Below, one piece after another: positions 44,868-53,519 of a stretch of DNA of 64,000 nucleotides. Location: contig JBBQWV010000014.1 in assembly GCA_038210275.1 (NCBI GenBank), forward strand, positions 5,930 through 69,929, read 5' to 3'. Under the pieces are notes generated by a model. That model worked only from the letters and a program-made list of their open reading frames with translations. It was not told where the DNA came from and searched no databases. Position numbers and translations under genes: made by a program. Source of the DNA: Candidatus Kapaibacterium sp. (lineage in GTDB: Bacteria > Bacteroidota > Ignavibacteria > Palsa-1295). Each line of letters starts with the position of its first letter. Within the stretch, counting starts at the first letter, position 1.

Positions 44868-46802
44868 ATGAATAATATAAAAATTACTTTCCCTGACGGC
44901 AACGTCAAAGAATTTGCTTCCGGCATTACCGGAATGCAGATCGCCGAATCTATTTCTCCGCGCCTGGCTGCGGTATCGCTTGGCATTTATGTCAATGAAA
45001 AGCCTTACGATCTTGCAACGCCGATCACCGGAGATGCGGCAGTTCGCATCGTAAAATGGGAATCCGATGAAGGTCATTCGATCTTCTGGCATTCAAGCGC
45101 ACATTTAATGGCAGAAGCTGTCGAATCAATTTATCCCGGAACACGATTCGGAATTGGACCGCCAATTGAGAACGGTTGGTATTATGATATGCAGCTTCCC
45201 GAAGGCGTGAAGCTTGTACCGGATGATCTTGCTGCTATCGAAGAGAAGATGGCAAAACTTGCCGAGCGCGACGTCCCATATAATCGCATTCCCAAAGAAT
45301 ATGATGAAGCCGTTGCATACTTCAAAGAAAAAGGCGATTGGCTAAAGTTGGAACTGCTGGATGGTTTGAAAGGGCAGCAGATCACTTTTTATGAGCAAGG
45401 GGATTTTGTTGATCTTTGCCGAGGTACTCATGTGCCTTCGACAGGGAAAATAAAATTTGCAAAGCTTCTTTCCATTGCAGGCGCATATTGGCGCGGCGAT
45501 GAAAAGCGTCCGATGCTAACTCGTTTGTATGGAATCAGCTTTCCAACAAAGAAAGAACTTGATGAGTATCTCAAGAATCGCGAAGAAGCAGAAAAGCGCG
45601 ATCATCGCAAACTCGGCAAAGAGCTTGAGCTTTTCATGATCACTCCGAAAGTAGGCGGCGGACTTCCTATCTGGCTTCCCAATGGAGCAGTCGTTCGCAA
45701 CCAACTCGAAACATTTCTGCGACGTGCTCAGCAGAAGATGGGATATTTTCAAGTTGTGACTCCGCATATCGGAAATCTTGACCTCTATAAAACAAGCGGA
45801 CACTATCCGTATTATAAAGATAGTCAGTTCACTCCGATCACTGTGGATGATGAGCAGTATTTGCTGAAGCCGATGAACTGCCCGCATCATCACATGATCT
45901 ATGCATCGAAGCCGCGAAGCTATCGCGACCTTCCGGTGCGATTGGCGGAGTTCGGAACAGTCTATCGCTATGAGCAGTCAGGCGAATTGAATGGTTTGTC
46001 ACGAGTCAGATCCTTTACTCAGGACGATGCGCATCTTTACATGATGCCGGAACAGCTTCTTGAAGAGCTAAAGAGCGTGATCGGACTTACGCAACACGTC
46101 TCAAAAACTCTTGGCTTCAGTGATTTCAAAATTCGTTTATCTTTCCGCGATCCCGCTAATAAGGATAAGTACGGCGGCAATGATGAGCAGTGGATCCAAG
46201 CTGAAAAAGATGTGAAAGAAGCTGCCGATGCAATGGGTTTGGAATATACTATTGCTATTGGCGAAGCTGCATTTTACGGACCTAAAATTGATTTCATGCT
46301 CAGAGATGCACTTGGGAGAAGCTGGCAGCTTGGAACTGTGCAAGTTGATTATGTAATGCCGGAGCGTTTTAATCTGGAGTATATCGGCGCTGATGGCGGC
46401 AAGCACCGCCCGGTTATTATTCACAGAGCGCCGTTCGGTTCGTTCGAAAGATTTATCAGTTTATTAATAGAGCACTATGCCGGAAATTTCCCGACATGGC
46501 TTGCACCGACTCAGGTTGCCGTGCTTCCGATCACTGATGCGCAGTCTGAATATGCTAAAGAGATCACCGATAAGCTCAATGGAATGGGAATACGTGTGAT
46601 CTTAGATGCATCGAATGAGAAGGTCAATGCCCGCATCCGTGATCAGGAGATGATGAAAGTACCGATCATGCTGATAGTCGGAGCGAAGGAACAGGAAGCC
46701 GGGACCGTCTCACTTCGTCGTCACGGAAAAGGGAATATCGGAACGATTACGCTCGAAGAGGCATTTAGTACCGTTCAGGTGGAAAGTGCCATTCCCAGCT
46801 AA
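44868..46802 (+). CDS. thrS: Threonyl-tRNA synthetase
   Basis: It has the TGS domain, class II aaRS motifs (PMNCPHHHMIYASKPRSYRDLP, FTQDDAH), the anticodon-binding domain, and is 644 aa. Confidence 0.97.
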   Translation: MNNIKITFPDGNVKEFASGITGMQIAESISPRLAAVSLGIYVNEKPYDLATPITGDAAVRIVKWESDEGHSIFWHSSAHLMAEAVESIYPGTRFGIGPPIENGWYYDMQLPEGVKLVPDDLAAIEEKMAKLAERDVPYNRIPKEYDEAVAYFKEKGDWLKLELLDGLKGQQITFYEQGDFVDLCRGTHVPSTGKIKFAKLLSIAGAYWRGDEKRPMLTRLYGISFPTKKELDEYLKNREEAEKRDHRKLGKELELFMITPKVGGGLPIWLPNGAVVRNQLETFLRRAQQKMGYFQVVTPHIGNLDLYKTSGHYPYYKDSQFTPITVDDEQYLLKPMNCPHHHMIYASKPRSYRDLPVRLAEFGTVYRYEQSGELNGLSRVRSFTQDDAHLYMMPEQLLEELKSVIGLTQHVSKTLGFSDFKIRLSFRDPANKDKYGGNDEQWIQAEKDVKEAADAMGLEYTIAIGEAAFYGPKIDFMLRDALGRSWQLGTVQVDYVMPERFNLEYIGADGGKHRPVIIHRAPFGSFERFISLLIEHYAGNFPTWLAPTQVAVLPITDAQSEYAKEITDKLNGMGIRVILDASNEKVNARIRDQEMMKVPIMLIVGAKEQEAGTVSLRRHGKGNIGTITLEEAFSTVQVESAIPS

Positions 46803-46989
46803 GAAGGGCATTCGTTTTTCAATAATTTCAAACTGCATTTGAAGATAAAGCATTGTGTTAATTTAAGATCTGTTGCGAATGGGTAAACAGATCATTTTAC
46901 GCCCTACAACTTCGGCTGCTCCGAAACCTCCATCAGGGAGGCAGAACAGATTCAGCCGCGAGATGCCTGTAAAAAATGCAGGCGCCAGG

Positions 46990-47622
46990 ATGAACGAACA
47001 GATACGCGTTCCGGAGATTCGTGTTGTCGATGAAGAAGGTATTGTTGGCGTGATGACGCCACAAGAGGCAATGAAACTTGCGCATGAACGCGGAGTTGAT
47101 CTCATCGAGATCGCACCGAATGCCGAGCCGCCCGTATGCAAACTTATGGAATTTGGAAAGTGGCGGTACGAACATCAGAAGCGTGAGAAGATGGCGAAAG
47201 CCTCTTCGCATAAGCAGCTCATCAAAGAGCTTCGCTTCCATCCGGCAACGGATACGCACGATTTTGATTTTAAGCTGCGTCATGCACGCGGTTGGATCGA
47301 AGAAGGACATAAAGTAAAAGTGTCCGTGCAGTTTAAAGGCAGAGAAATTGCGTACAAAGAATTCGGCGAGCAATTGCTTCGCAAGTTCGAAGAGAAGATT
47401 ACTGACATTGCAAAGGTTGATCAGAATATTTCTTTGATGGGAAAACTCATGACCATGATGGTTTCCCCACGAGGAAAGGGCAAGAAGGAAGATGATTCGG
47501 CTACGAAAGATCCGAATAAGCCAAAGCCGAAATCTGAATTTGCAGAGAAGCTTGAGGCGATGACACTGCAAAAGAAGGTACAGCCACCGCCGACTGCTGA
47601 GGAAGCACCGGCTGCCGAATAA
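46990..47622 (+). CDS. infC: Translation initiation factor IF-3 with K/E/P-rich C-terminal tail
   Basis: The IF3 core runs NEQIRVPEIRVVDEEGIVGVMTPQEAMKLAHERGVDLIEIAPNAEPPVCKLMEFGKWRYE...VKVSVQFKGREI. I chose the start at MNEQIR; the upstream in-frame 39 codons are not IF3-like. The C-terminal ~45 aa are Lys/Pro/Glu-rich. Confidence 0.85.
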   Translation: MNEQIRVPEIRVVDEEGIVGVMTPQEAMKLAHERGVDLIEIAPNAEPPVCKLMEFGKWRYEHQKREKMAKASSHKQLIKELRFHPATDTHDFDFKLRHARGWIEEGHKVKVSVQFKGREIAYKEFGEQLLRKFEEKITDIAKVDQNISLMGKLMTMMVSPRGKGKKEDDSATKDPNKPKPKSEFAEKLEAMTLQKKVQPPPTAEEAPAAE

Positions 47623-47657
47623 AATTTTTTATATATAGTTTTAAATTTTAGAATACC

Positions 47658-47852
47658 ATGCCAAAAACGAAGACGAAATCAGGCGCGAAGAAGCGCTTCA
47701 GCATCACCGGATCAGGTAAAGTAAAACGCGAAAAACCGTATCACGGTCATATGCTCACATCCAAATCTCAGAAGCGCAAACGCAGTCTGCGCCAATCAAC
47801 GCTGGTCGCCGATACTGAATCGAAGACGATCAAAAGATTGCTCGGGCAATAA
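47658..47852 (+). CDS. rpmI: 50S ribosomal protein L35
   Basis: [14 protein letters not shown]...[24 protein letters not shown], 64 aa. Confidence 0.9.
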   Translation: MPKTKTKSGAKKRFSITGSGKVKREKPYHGHMLTSKSQKRKRSLRQSTLVADTESKTIKRLLGQ

Positions 47853-47880
47853 AAGCTAACCGGAAATTTCGATTTCTTTA

Positions 47881-47920
47881 GAAGCGCGGCTGAGTTATCA
47901 GCGGCGCTTCTTTTCATTTT
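47881..47920 (+). terminator. Strong rho-independent terminator immediately after rpmI
   Basis: The stem GAAGCGCGGCTGA-gttat-TCAGCGGCGCTTC is followed by TTTTCATTTT. Confidence 0.6.
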
Positions 47921-47931
47921 GTAACTCTGAA

Positions 47932-48885
47932 TTAGAAATGGAGATTTATTCCGAAGGTCAGGGAAGTCGTGCCGAATTTTCCGATTTCGCCATTAGAGAG
48001 AGGAATACTTGAAAGACCGAATGTATGGCGAAGTTCAAGATAGGAGGTTGTACCTGCGATTCCAATTCCAGCAAATAAGGTTGGTATCCATTTATTGATA
48101 GGTGCAGTCCGAAGATCGTTCTGATAAAAACTACCGGTTGAATCATTAAAGGCATAGCGCTTCATTTCCAGACTGTCGCTGGTAATATTACTAATTCCTC
48201 CGCCCCCGGTTATATAAAAACTTCCTTGCATTTTATAACGGCATTCAAGATTGATATGAGAATATGACGTGTTCGTATAAAATTTTGTATAATGCGGGAG
48301 GATCTCAATTCCATTTCCGCCTTCATAAGCAATCAGAAAAGTGAAATTCGTAATTGCATCATAACCTAAACCGAAGCCATAAGTAAATCCGAAATCACTC
48401 ATAGGAAAAGCAAATCCAAATTTCGCACTTAAGGTTAGCCCCATTTTTGGTACAGGCTCTCCATACATTTCTGGTCTCAACTGCGAGTTAATCGCAAATT
48501 TAGATGTGTCAGAAGGGAAGTTAATGATCAAAGGGTTATCGAATGAATTCCAGTCTCCGGTGATACCGTCAACAATGTAGCTGACGTAATAAGTAAAGAG
48601 ATCTGCTAATATCCAAGCCGGTTCGAACGAACTTGAAAGAAAGGCAACTCTTTCTTGTCCTTTATAAACAAATCTCAGGGTATAGTCCTTCTTTCGTTGC
48701 AGTTTGAGCATCGCAGCGTTGTTGTAATAATACACCCTCAAGGGGTCACTTCCGAAAGCATCGGTAACTCTCGTTCCTTCCGGCATGATAACCGTAACAT
48801 CCTGAGTAGAACCACTGATGATCGTTGCGCAGCCCGCAACAACGGCGCAAAGAATGATGATGTACAAATGTCTGATTCGAATCAT
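47932..48885 (-). CDS. Outer-membrane beta-barrel protein (317 aa), function unknown
   Basis: It has a signal peptide with Cys (VVAGCATI), amphipathic beta-strand periodicity, and the C-terminal aromatic tail ...FGINLHF. Confidence 0.55.
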   Translation of the reverse strand: MIRIRHLYIIILCAVVAGCATIISGSTQDVTVIMPEGTRVTDAFGSDPLRVYYYNNAAMLKLQRKKDYTLRFVYKGQERVAFLSSSFEPAWILADLFTYYVSYIVDGITGDWNSFDNPLIINFPSDTSKFAINSQLRPEMYGEPVPKMGLTLSAKFGFAFPMSDFGFTYGFGLGYDAITNFTFLIAYEGGNGIEILPHYTKFYTNTSYSHINLECRYKMQGSFYITGGGGISNITSDSLEMKRYAFNDSTGSFYQNDLRTAPINKWIPTLFAGIGIAGTTSYLELRHTFGLSSIPLSNGEIGKFGTTSLTFGINLHF

Positions 48886-49001
48886 ATCCCTAAAGACACA
48901 TTTTTAATGCAAAAGGTGGCGTTGCAAATATAAGGGATTAATTCATTCCACTCTAATAAATAGGGAAACCATCTGTTCTTATTATTCTTTACATCTTTTC
49001 T

Positions 49002-49328
49002 ATGGACGACCAACGCGAAAAAGAAATACGTGAATACGCTCATCGGAAGGCATCGCCGCCACTTTTCGGAGGGAGTAATCCGGAAACAGATGACTCCGAA
49101 TACCGTAAAGCTATGCAGGAGAATGCTCCGTACCTCACACTCGGCATTCAAATGGCTCTTACGATCGCTGCCTTCGCAGGGCTTGGGTGGTGGCTTGATA
49201 AACAAAATGGCACTTCTTTTTGGATAGGAATATGCTCCGGATTCGGAGCGGTTGCCGGACTTGGCTATTTTCTTCTTGTTGTTCTCCGATTAGAGAAAAA
49301 GAACGAGATGAAGAAGAAGGCTAAGTGA
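49002..49328 (+). CDS. AtpZ-like small membrane protein (putative F0F1-ATPase-associated protein, 'ATPase gene 1' family)
   Basis: It has two TM helices, including LTLGIQMALTIAAFAGLGWWLDKQ, and it lies directly upstream of the atp operon. Confidence 0.55.
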   Translation: MDDQREKEIREYAHRKASPPLFGGSNPETDDSEYRKAMQENAPYLTLGIQMALTIAAFAGLGWWLDKQNGTSFWIGICSGFGAVAGLGYFLLVVLRLEKKNEMKKKAK

Positions 49329-49473
49329 GAAATCCACAATCTCTGGTAAACCCCTTATATCCCCCAAAATATACTCAAAAAAATGAAACAAAAGAGGGGG
49401 TAAAATACGTTTAATAAGGCTGTAATAGTGATCTATATATTGTTTTCGTATTTAAATATTAAAAGTAATAAAA

Positions 49474-49923
49474 TTGAGCGCAATTATTCAAGCATATCAA
49501 TTGATCCGTCCCCGCGAATCAAGCGTTTCTATCAGCCGCGAGGCTACTCGTTTTTTCGTAATCTGGTTCGGTTTGCTTAGCATCGTTCTTTATGGCGGCG
49601 GTTTGCTTGCCATGAACGCATTCTCAACCGAAACTTTCAGATCAGCTTGTTTCATCGGTATGGCAATGTGTACTTTGACAAGTGTTGCAAGTTTTTTCAT
49701 CACAGAATGGGCGATCGATCAGCCGAATGACCTATTCTTCGGTGTAGCAATTGCTTCGATCTTCGTAAGAATTTTCGGTTTAGTTCTTGCATTTGGAATG
49801 GCACAGTTCCTTTTCAAGATCAACCCTATCGGCTTGGTTACGGGAATGTTCTCATCGTACTTCTCGTATCTCGTAGTCGAGATCATTTACATTCACAAGA
49901 AATCCCTCACACGCGGAGAGTAA
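49474..49923 (+). CDS. ATP synthase protein I (AtpI)-like membrane protein
   Basis: It is a 149-aa protein with four TM helices, and its stop abuts the atpB start. Confidence 0.5.
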   Translation: MSAIIQAYQLIRPRESSVSISREATRFFVIWFGLLSIVLYGGGLLAMNAFSTETFRSACFIGMAMCTLTSVASFFITEWAIDQPNDLFFGVAIASIFVRIFGLVLAFGMAQFLFKINPIGLVTGMFSSYFSYLVVEIIYIHKKSLTRGE

Positions 49924-49924
49924 T

Positions 49925-51145
49925 TTGCGCATGACGCTACGTCGCAGGGTCACAATCTTTTTTCTATTTGTCGTCCTGCTTGCAGGTCCGGCGATAGCGA
50001 GCGAAGAATCTCCGAAAGACTCCTCAGCATCCGGCACTCCTGTAGTGAAGGAGACGAAATCTCCGATGAGCGAAGAAGAGCAGGAAAACGACATTTGGAA
50101 AAATGAGAAGAAAGATACGATTGATGCCGGCAAGCTCTTCGGCAAGATCATCAAGCATTTGGAGGATACCTACGAACTCCATTTCATTAGCGTTAAGATT
50201 CCGCTTCCTATCCTCTTTACTGATGCTTCCGGCTTTCATTTTTTTTCAAGCTTAGAAAAACTTGTTGAATCGGGAGTTTATAAATTAAGAGATCCGGAAA
50301 AATACGAAGAGCAGAAAAAGAAAGCTCTCTTTGGCTTCATCACTCCTTGGGAGCGCGTTGATGGGAAAGAAGCAGGCTTTACGCTTGATCTATCCATGAC
50401 GGCGAACAGATTCTTCCTTCTCGTTGCAATGTTTGTTCTTATTCTTATTACATGGGCAGCAGGTAGAAAAGCGAAAACAAAAGTTATCCCAAAAGGGAAT
50501 CACAATCTTATTGAGTCGCTCGTCGTGTATGTCCGCGATGAGATCGTCTATCCGAATATTGAAAAGAAATGGGCTGATCGCCTGATGCCGTATTTCCTTA
50601 CGACATTCTTTTTCATCTTCATCATCAATATGATCGGGCTTGTGCCTTTGACCAAGACTCCCACCGGCAATCTTGCCGTAACGGTAACTTTGGCGATCTG
50701 CACATTCATCCTTACTCAGATCATGGGTATCAGGACGATGGGGCTTTCAGCTTACTTAAAACATTTTACGGGCGGATTGCATGAGATGGATATTCCACTT
50801 GCTATGAAGATCGTGCTTATCATGATCATGGTGCCGATCGAATTCATCGGACTTTTTACAAAGCCTTTCGCTTTGACGATGCGTTTATTTGCGAATATGA
50901 CGGCAGGTCATATTGTTATTGGAGCACTTATCGGATTGGCACTGTTGTTTCAATCAGTGATCGCAGGGTTTGCAGTTTCGGTGCCGTTCGCTTTGTTTAT
51001 CTATTTGCTCGAATTGCTTGTTGCTGCATTGCAGGCATTTGTGTTTACAATGCTCTCGGCAGTGTTTGTAGGAATGATGGTGCATGAGCATCATGAAGGT
51101 GGGCATGAGACGAAAGAAGAGCGATTGGCTGAAGTGAGTATCTAA
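49925..51145 (+). CDS. atpB: F0F1 ATP synthase subunit a, with ~170-aa N-terminal extension
   Basis: The C-terminal half has the subunit-a TM bundle with the essential Arg in MRLFANMTAGHIV. The N-terminus has a signal-like segment and an acidic hydrophilic region. Confidence 0.9.
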   Translation: MRMTLRRRVTIFFLFVVLLAGPAIASEESPKDSSASGTPVVKETKSPMSEEEQENDIWKNEKKDTIDAGKLFGKIIKHLEDTYELHFISVKIPLPILFTDASGFHFFSSLEKLVESGVYKLRDPEKYEEQKKKALFGFITPWERVDGKEAGFTLDLSMTANRFFLLVAMFVLILITWAAGRKAKTKVIPKGNHNLIESLVVYVRDEIVYPNIEKKWADRLMPYFLTTFFFIFIINMIGLVPLTKTPTGNLAVTVTLAICTFILTQIMGIRTMGLSAYLKHFTGGLHEMDIPLAMKIVLIMIMVPIEFIGLFTKPFALTMRLFANMTAGHIVIGALIGLALLFQSVIAGFAVSVPFALFIYLLELLVAALQAFVFTMLSAVFVGMMVHEHHEGGHETKEERLAEVSI

Positions 51146-51153
51146 AATTTAAT

Positions 51154-51200
51154 GGGACGGACTTTAGTCCGTCAGTCTCAAACGGACTAAAGTCCGTCCC
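51154..51200. repeat. Family-2 nested palindrome GGGACGGACTTTAGTCCGTC...ACGGACTAAAGTCCGTCCC between atpB and atpE
   Basis: The inverted repeat is perfect, and its arms each contain the palindrome ACGGACTTTAGTCCGT. Confidence 0.65.
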
Positions 51201-51263
51201 ACTGTCAAAAAAGTTTTATTTTTGTAATATAGTTTATTCATATTAATATAAAGGAATAGAAAA

Positions 51264-51491
51264 ATGAATCCATCAGCATTCGCATACTTATCAGCAGGGC
51301 TCGGAGCAGCAGTCGCCGTTGTCGGCGCAGGAGTCGGAATCGGCAAACTCGCAACCGGCGCTTTGGAAGCAATGGGACGCCAGCCTGAAATGTCCGGCGG
51401 TATCCGTACGACGATGATCATCGCCGCCGCTCTGATCGAAGGACTTGCGCTGTTCGCGCTCGTTATCTGTATCATTCTTTCAGGTAAATAG
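51264..51491 (+). CDS. atpE: F0F1 ATP synthase subunit c
   Basis: GLGAAVAVVGAGVGIGKLATGALEAMGRQPEMSGGIRTTMIIAAALIEGLALFALVI has the conserved carboxylate E. Confidence 0.95.
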   Translation: MNPSAFAYLSAGLGAAVAVVGAGVGIGKLATGALEAMGRQPEMSGGIRTTMIIAAALIEGLALFALVICIILSGK

Positions 51492-51498
51492 TTTTGGG

Positions 51499-51598
51499 CA
51501 GTCGTTAGTCGTTAGTCATTAGTCATTAGCAAATAATGCTGATGGCTCATGTCTCTCTGCTAACGACTAAAGACTAAAGACTAACGACTAAAGACTGC
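51499..51598. repeat. Family-2 inverted tandem-heptamer repeat (TAGTCGT/TAGTCAT x4 ... ACGACTAAAGACTAA x3) between atpE and atpF, ending 1 nt before the atpF ATG
   Basis: The left arm reads gcagtcgttagtcgttagtcattagtcattagc and the right arm reads gctaacgactaaagactaaagactaacgactaaagactgc. Confidence 0.65.
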
Positions 51599-51599
51599 C

Positions 51600-52091
51600 A
51601 TGTTAGAAATTAATCCTGGACTGTCCATCTGGACGCTCATCATTTTTGGCTTACTGCTGGTCCTCCTTTCGAGGATCGCATGGAAGCCGATTCTTGCATC
51701 TCTTAAACGGCGCGAAGAGGCAATTGCCGATTCGCTTTCGAAAGCAGAGCAAGCACGGGCAGATGCTGAAAAGCTTATTGCCGAAACCGAGCGTCAGCGC
51801 AAGTTGAACGAAGAGCAGCTTCATAAGCAGCTTCGCGAAGGCAAGGAATATGCCGAGCGCATGCGTTCTGAGCTTTCACAAAAAGCGCAGGAAGAAGCAA
51901 AGAAGATGCTCGATCAAGCAAAAGCGCAGATCGAACGTGATACGCAGATCGCAATATCACAGCTTCGCAACGAAGCCGCTGATCTTGCTATCGCCGCCGC
52001 GGGAAAGCTTCTTGATGAATCAATGAATGACGATAAGCATAAGAAGATCGTCGAGAAGTTCATTGCAGAGCTTCCAACGCAATCAAATTAA
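51600..52091 (+). CDS. atpF: F0F1 ATP synthase subunit b
   Basis: It has an N-terminal TM helix and a long charged coiled coil, is 163 aa, and holds the operon position of subunit b. Confidence 0.85.
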   Translation: MLEINPGLSIWTLIIFGLLLVLLSRIAWKPILASLKRREEAIADSLSKAEQARADAEKLIAETERQRKLNEEQLHKQLREGKEYAERMRSELSQKAQEEAKKMLDQAKAQIERDTQIAISQLRNEAADLAIAAAGKLLDESMNDDKHKKIVEKFIAELPTQSN

Positions 52092-52098
52092 AGAATAG

Positions 52099-52146
52099 TG
52101 GAACGGACTTTAGTCCAACCCACCGTAAACTAACGACTAAAGACTG
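52099..52146. repeat. Family-2 repeat (GGAACGGACTTTAGTCC + AACTAACGACTAAAGACTG) between atpF and atpH
   Basis: It is a partial palindrome plus the conserved CTAACGACTAAAGACTG motif, and it lies 5 nt before the atpH ATG. Confidence 0.55.
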
Positions 52147-52151
52147 ATTTC

Positions 52152-52706
52152 ATGGATCAACGCATTGCACTTCGCTACGCACAGGCTCTGATGGATATCG
52201 GCAAGGAGAAAAACTCCGTGGCTGAGATCGCCGGCGATATGAAAGTGGTTCGTGATGCCCTGCATGATGTGCATGAGCTAAAGGCAATGCTCCATACTCC
52301 TGTTATCCGTCCGGATATTAAACGGAAAGTGATCCATCAAGTATTCGAAAAGCATGTCAGTAAAGACGTTATGCTTTTTATGGATCTGCTTTTGAAAAAA
52401 GGCAGAGGCAATGTGTTAGCAGTGACGACGGAAGAATTCTTGCGACTGCTTGATATTGATACCAATACGGTAGCCGCACATATCACCAGTGCCCGCACGT
52501 TGGATGAAAGTGCAAAGCAGCAGATCGTTGCGAAGCTCGAAAAAATTTCGTCAATGAAAGTACGCGCTTCATACTCGCTCGATCCGGCACTGCGCGGGGG
52601 CTTTGTTGCGAAGGTTGGCGATACGCTGATTGATGCAAGCTTGCAGCATCAGCTCGAAAATTTACGCGAAGAATTAAAGGCTTCGGTAGTTGCGAGGGTG
52701 AACTGA
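52152..52706 (+). CDS. atpH: F0F1 ATP synthase subunit delta (OSCP)
   Basis: IALRYAQALMDIGKEKN... is an OSCP-like N-terminus, and the protein is 184 aa. Confidence 0.85.
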   Translation: MDQRIALRYAQALMDIGKEKNSVAEIAGDMKVVRDALHDVHELKAMLHTPVIRPDIKRKVIHQVFEKHVSKDVMLFMDLLLKKGRGNVLAVTTEEFLRLLDIDTNTVAAHITSARTLDESAKQQIVAKLEKISSMKVRASYSLDPALRGGFVAKVGDTLIDASLQHQLENLREELKASVVARVN

Positions 52707-52708
52707 TA

Positions 52709-53467
52709 ATGAAGAACAAAGCAGCATTCACCGCATTGGTATGTGCTCTGCTTGTGGGCTTGGGAGCTATGGTTTTTACTGATCCATCTCTTGCTCAGAT
52801 CAAGAAGAAAAAAAAGAAGAAGCATAAATCTTCGATAACTCTTGCTCCGCCATCAAATTTTTCGCCCACAATGACCGGCGCTCCGGGAACAGTAAAATAT
52901 TACTTCTTTCCCAATGATACCGGCATTACTTGGAAGCTTAGGACTATTCAAGTGCTGATCAATCAGGAAGGCAAGCTTGTAAGAGCCGATACTGTATTTA
53001 GCGAATCTCGCGTTATTGAGAATGACCGATTTTCTCTTCAGCGATTACCGCTGATGGTGACATCCGATACCTCATATAGAATTGGGGGAATCGGCGCCAG
53101 ATCGGAATCGGTATTCTATGTTGATGATTCAGTTGCGATGACCGTATTTAATAATTCCGTAGTCGGCGAAGGAAACAGTATCTTTCTCGTTGCTCCGGTG
53201 AAAATCACAAACGCATGGCATGAGAAATCGGATGATACAACGATAACCGCAGTTGCCGGAATTGTCGATTCAATTGTTACACCGCTCGGAAGATTTGATA
53301 GTGTTTTGGTGACGATCACGCAGCAGGAGTATTCTGATATGCGAAAGTATTATGCTCATGGTCGCGGTATCATCAAGACGGTTTTTCGTTCAGTCGGACC
53401 CGGAGGTAGAGGACTTGTCGTCATTACGATGGAGATGGTTGAGTTCAAAAAGCCGGGTTGGAATTAG
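52709..53467 (+). CDS. Secreted hypothetical protein (252 aa) inserted between atpH and atpA
   Basis: The junction TGAtaATG couples it translationally to atpH. It has a signal peptide (ALVCALLVGLGAMVFT...AQ), an N-terminal K7 run encoded by an A8 tract, and no recognisable domain. Confidence 0.65.
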   Translation: MKNKAAFTALVCALLVGLGAMVFTDPSLAQIKKKKKKKHKSSITLAPPSNFSPTMTGAPGTVKYYFFPNDTGITWKLRTIQVLINQEGKLVRADTVFSESRVIENDRFSLQRLPLMVTSDTSYRIGGIGARSESVFYVDDSVAMTVFNNSVVGEGNSIFLVAPVKITNAWHEKSDDTTITAVAGIVDSIVTPLGRFDSVLVTITQQEYSDMRKYYAHGRGIIKTVFRSVGPGGRGLVVITMEMVEFKKPGWN

Positions 53468-53519
53468 GAAAGTACAAGAAATTTTATCAGTAGTTTTATA
53501 ATAATTAGAGTACAAAATT

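Noticed and set aside
46873-46989. Upstream 39 codons of infC (MRMGKQIILRPTTSAAPKPPSGRQNRFSREMPVKNAGAR).
   Set aside because: They are not IF3-like and look like a translated leader. The IF3 N-terminal domain begins at MNEQIRVPEIRVV. I cannot exclude a real non-ATG or upstream start, which I note in the findings.
47853-47931. Expected rplT (L20) downstream of rpmI.
   Set aside because: Only 79 bp separate rpmI from the convergent OMP gene, and that gap is occupied by a terminator hairpin. No L20-like frame exists on either strand, so rplT is absent here. I recorded it as a finding, not a feature.
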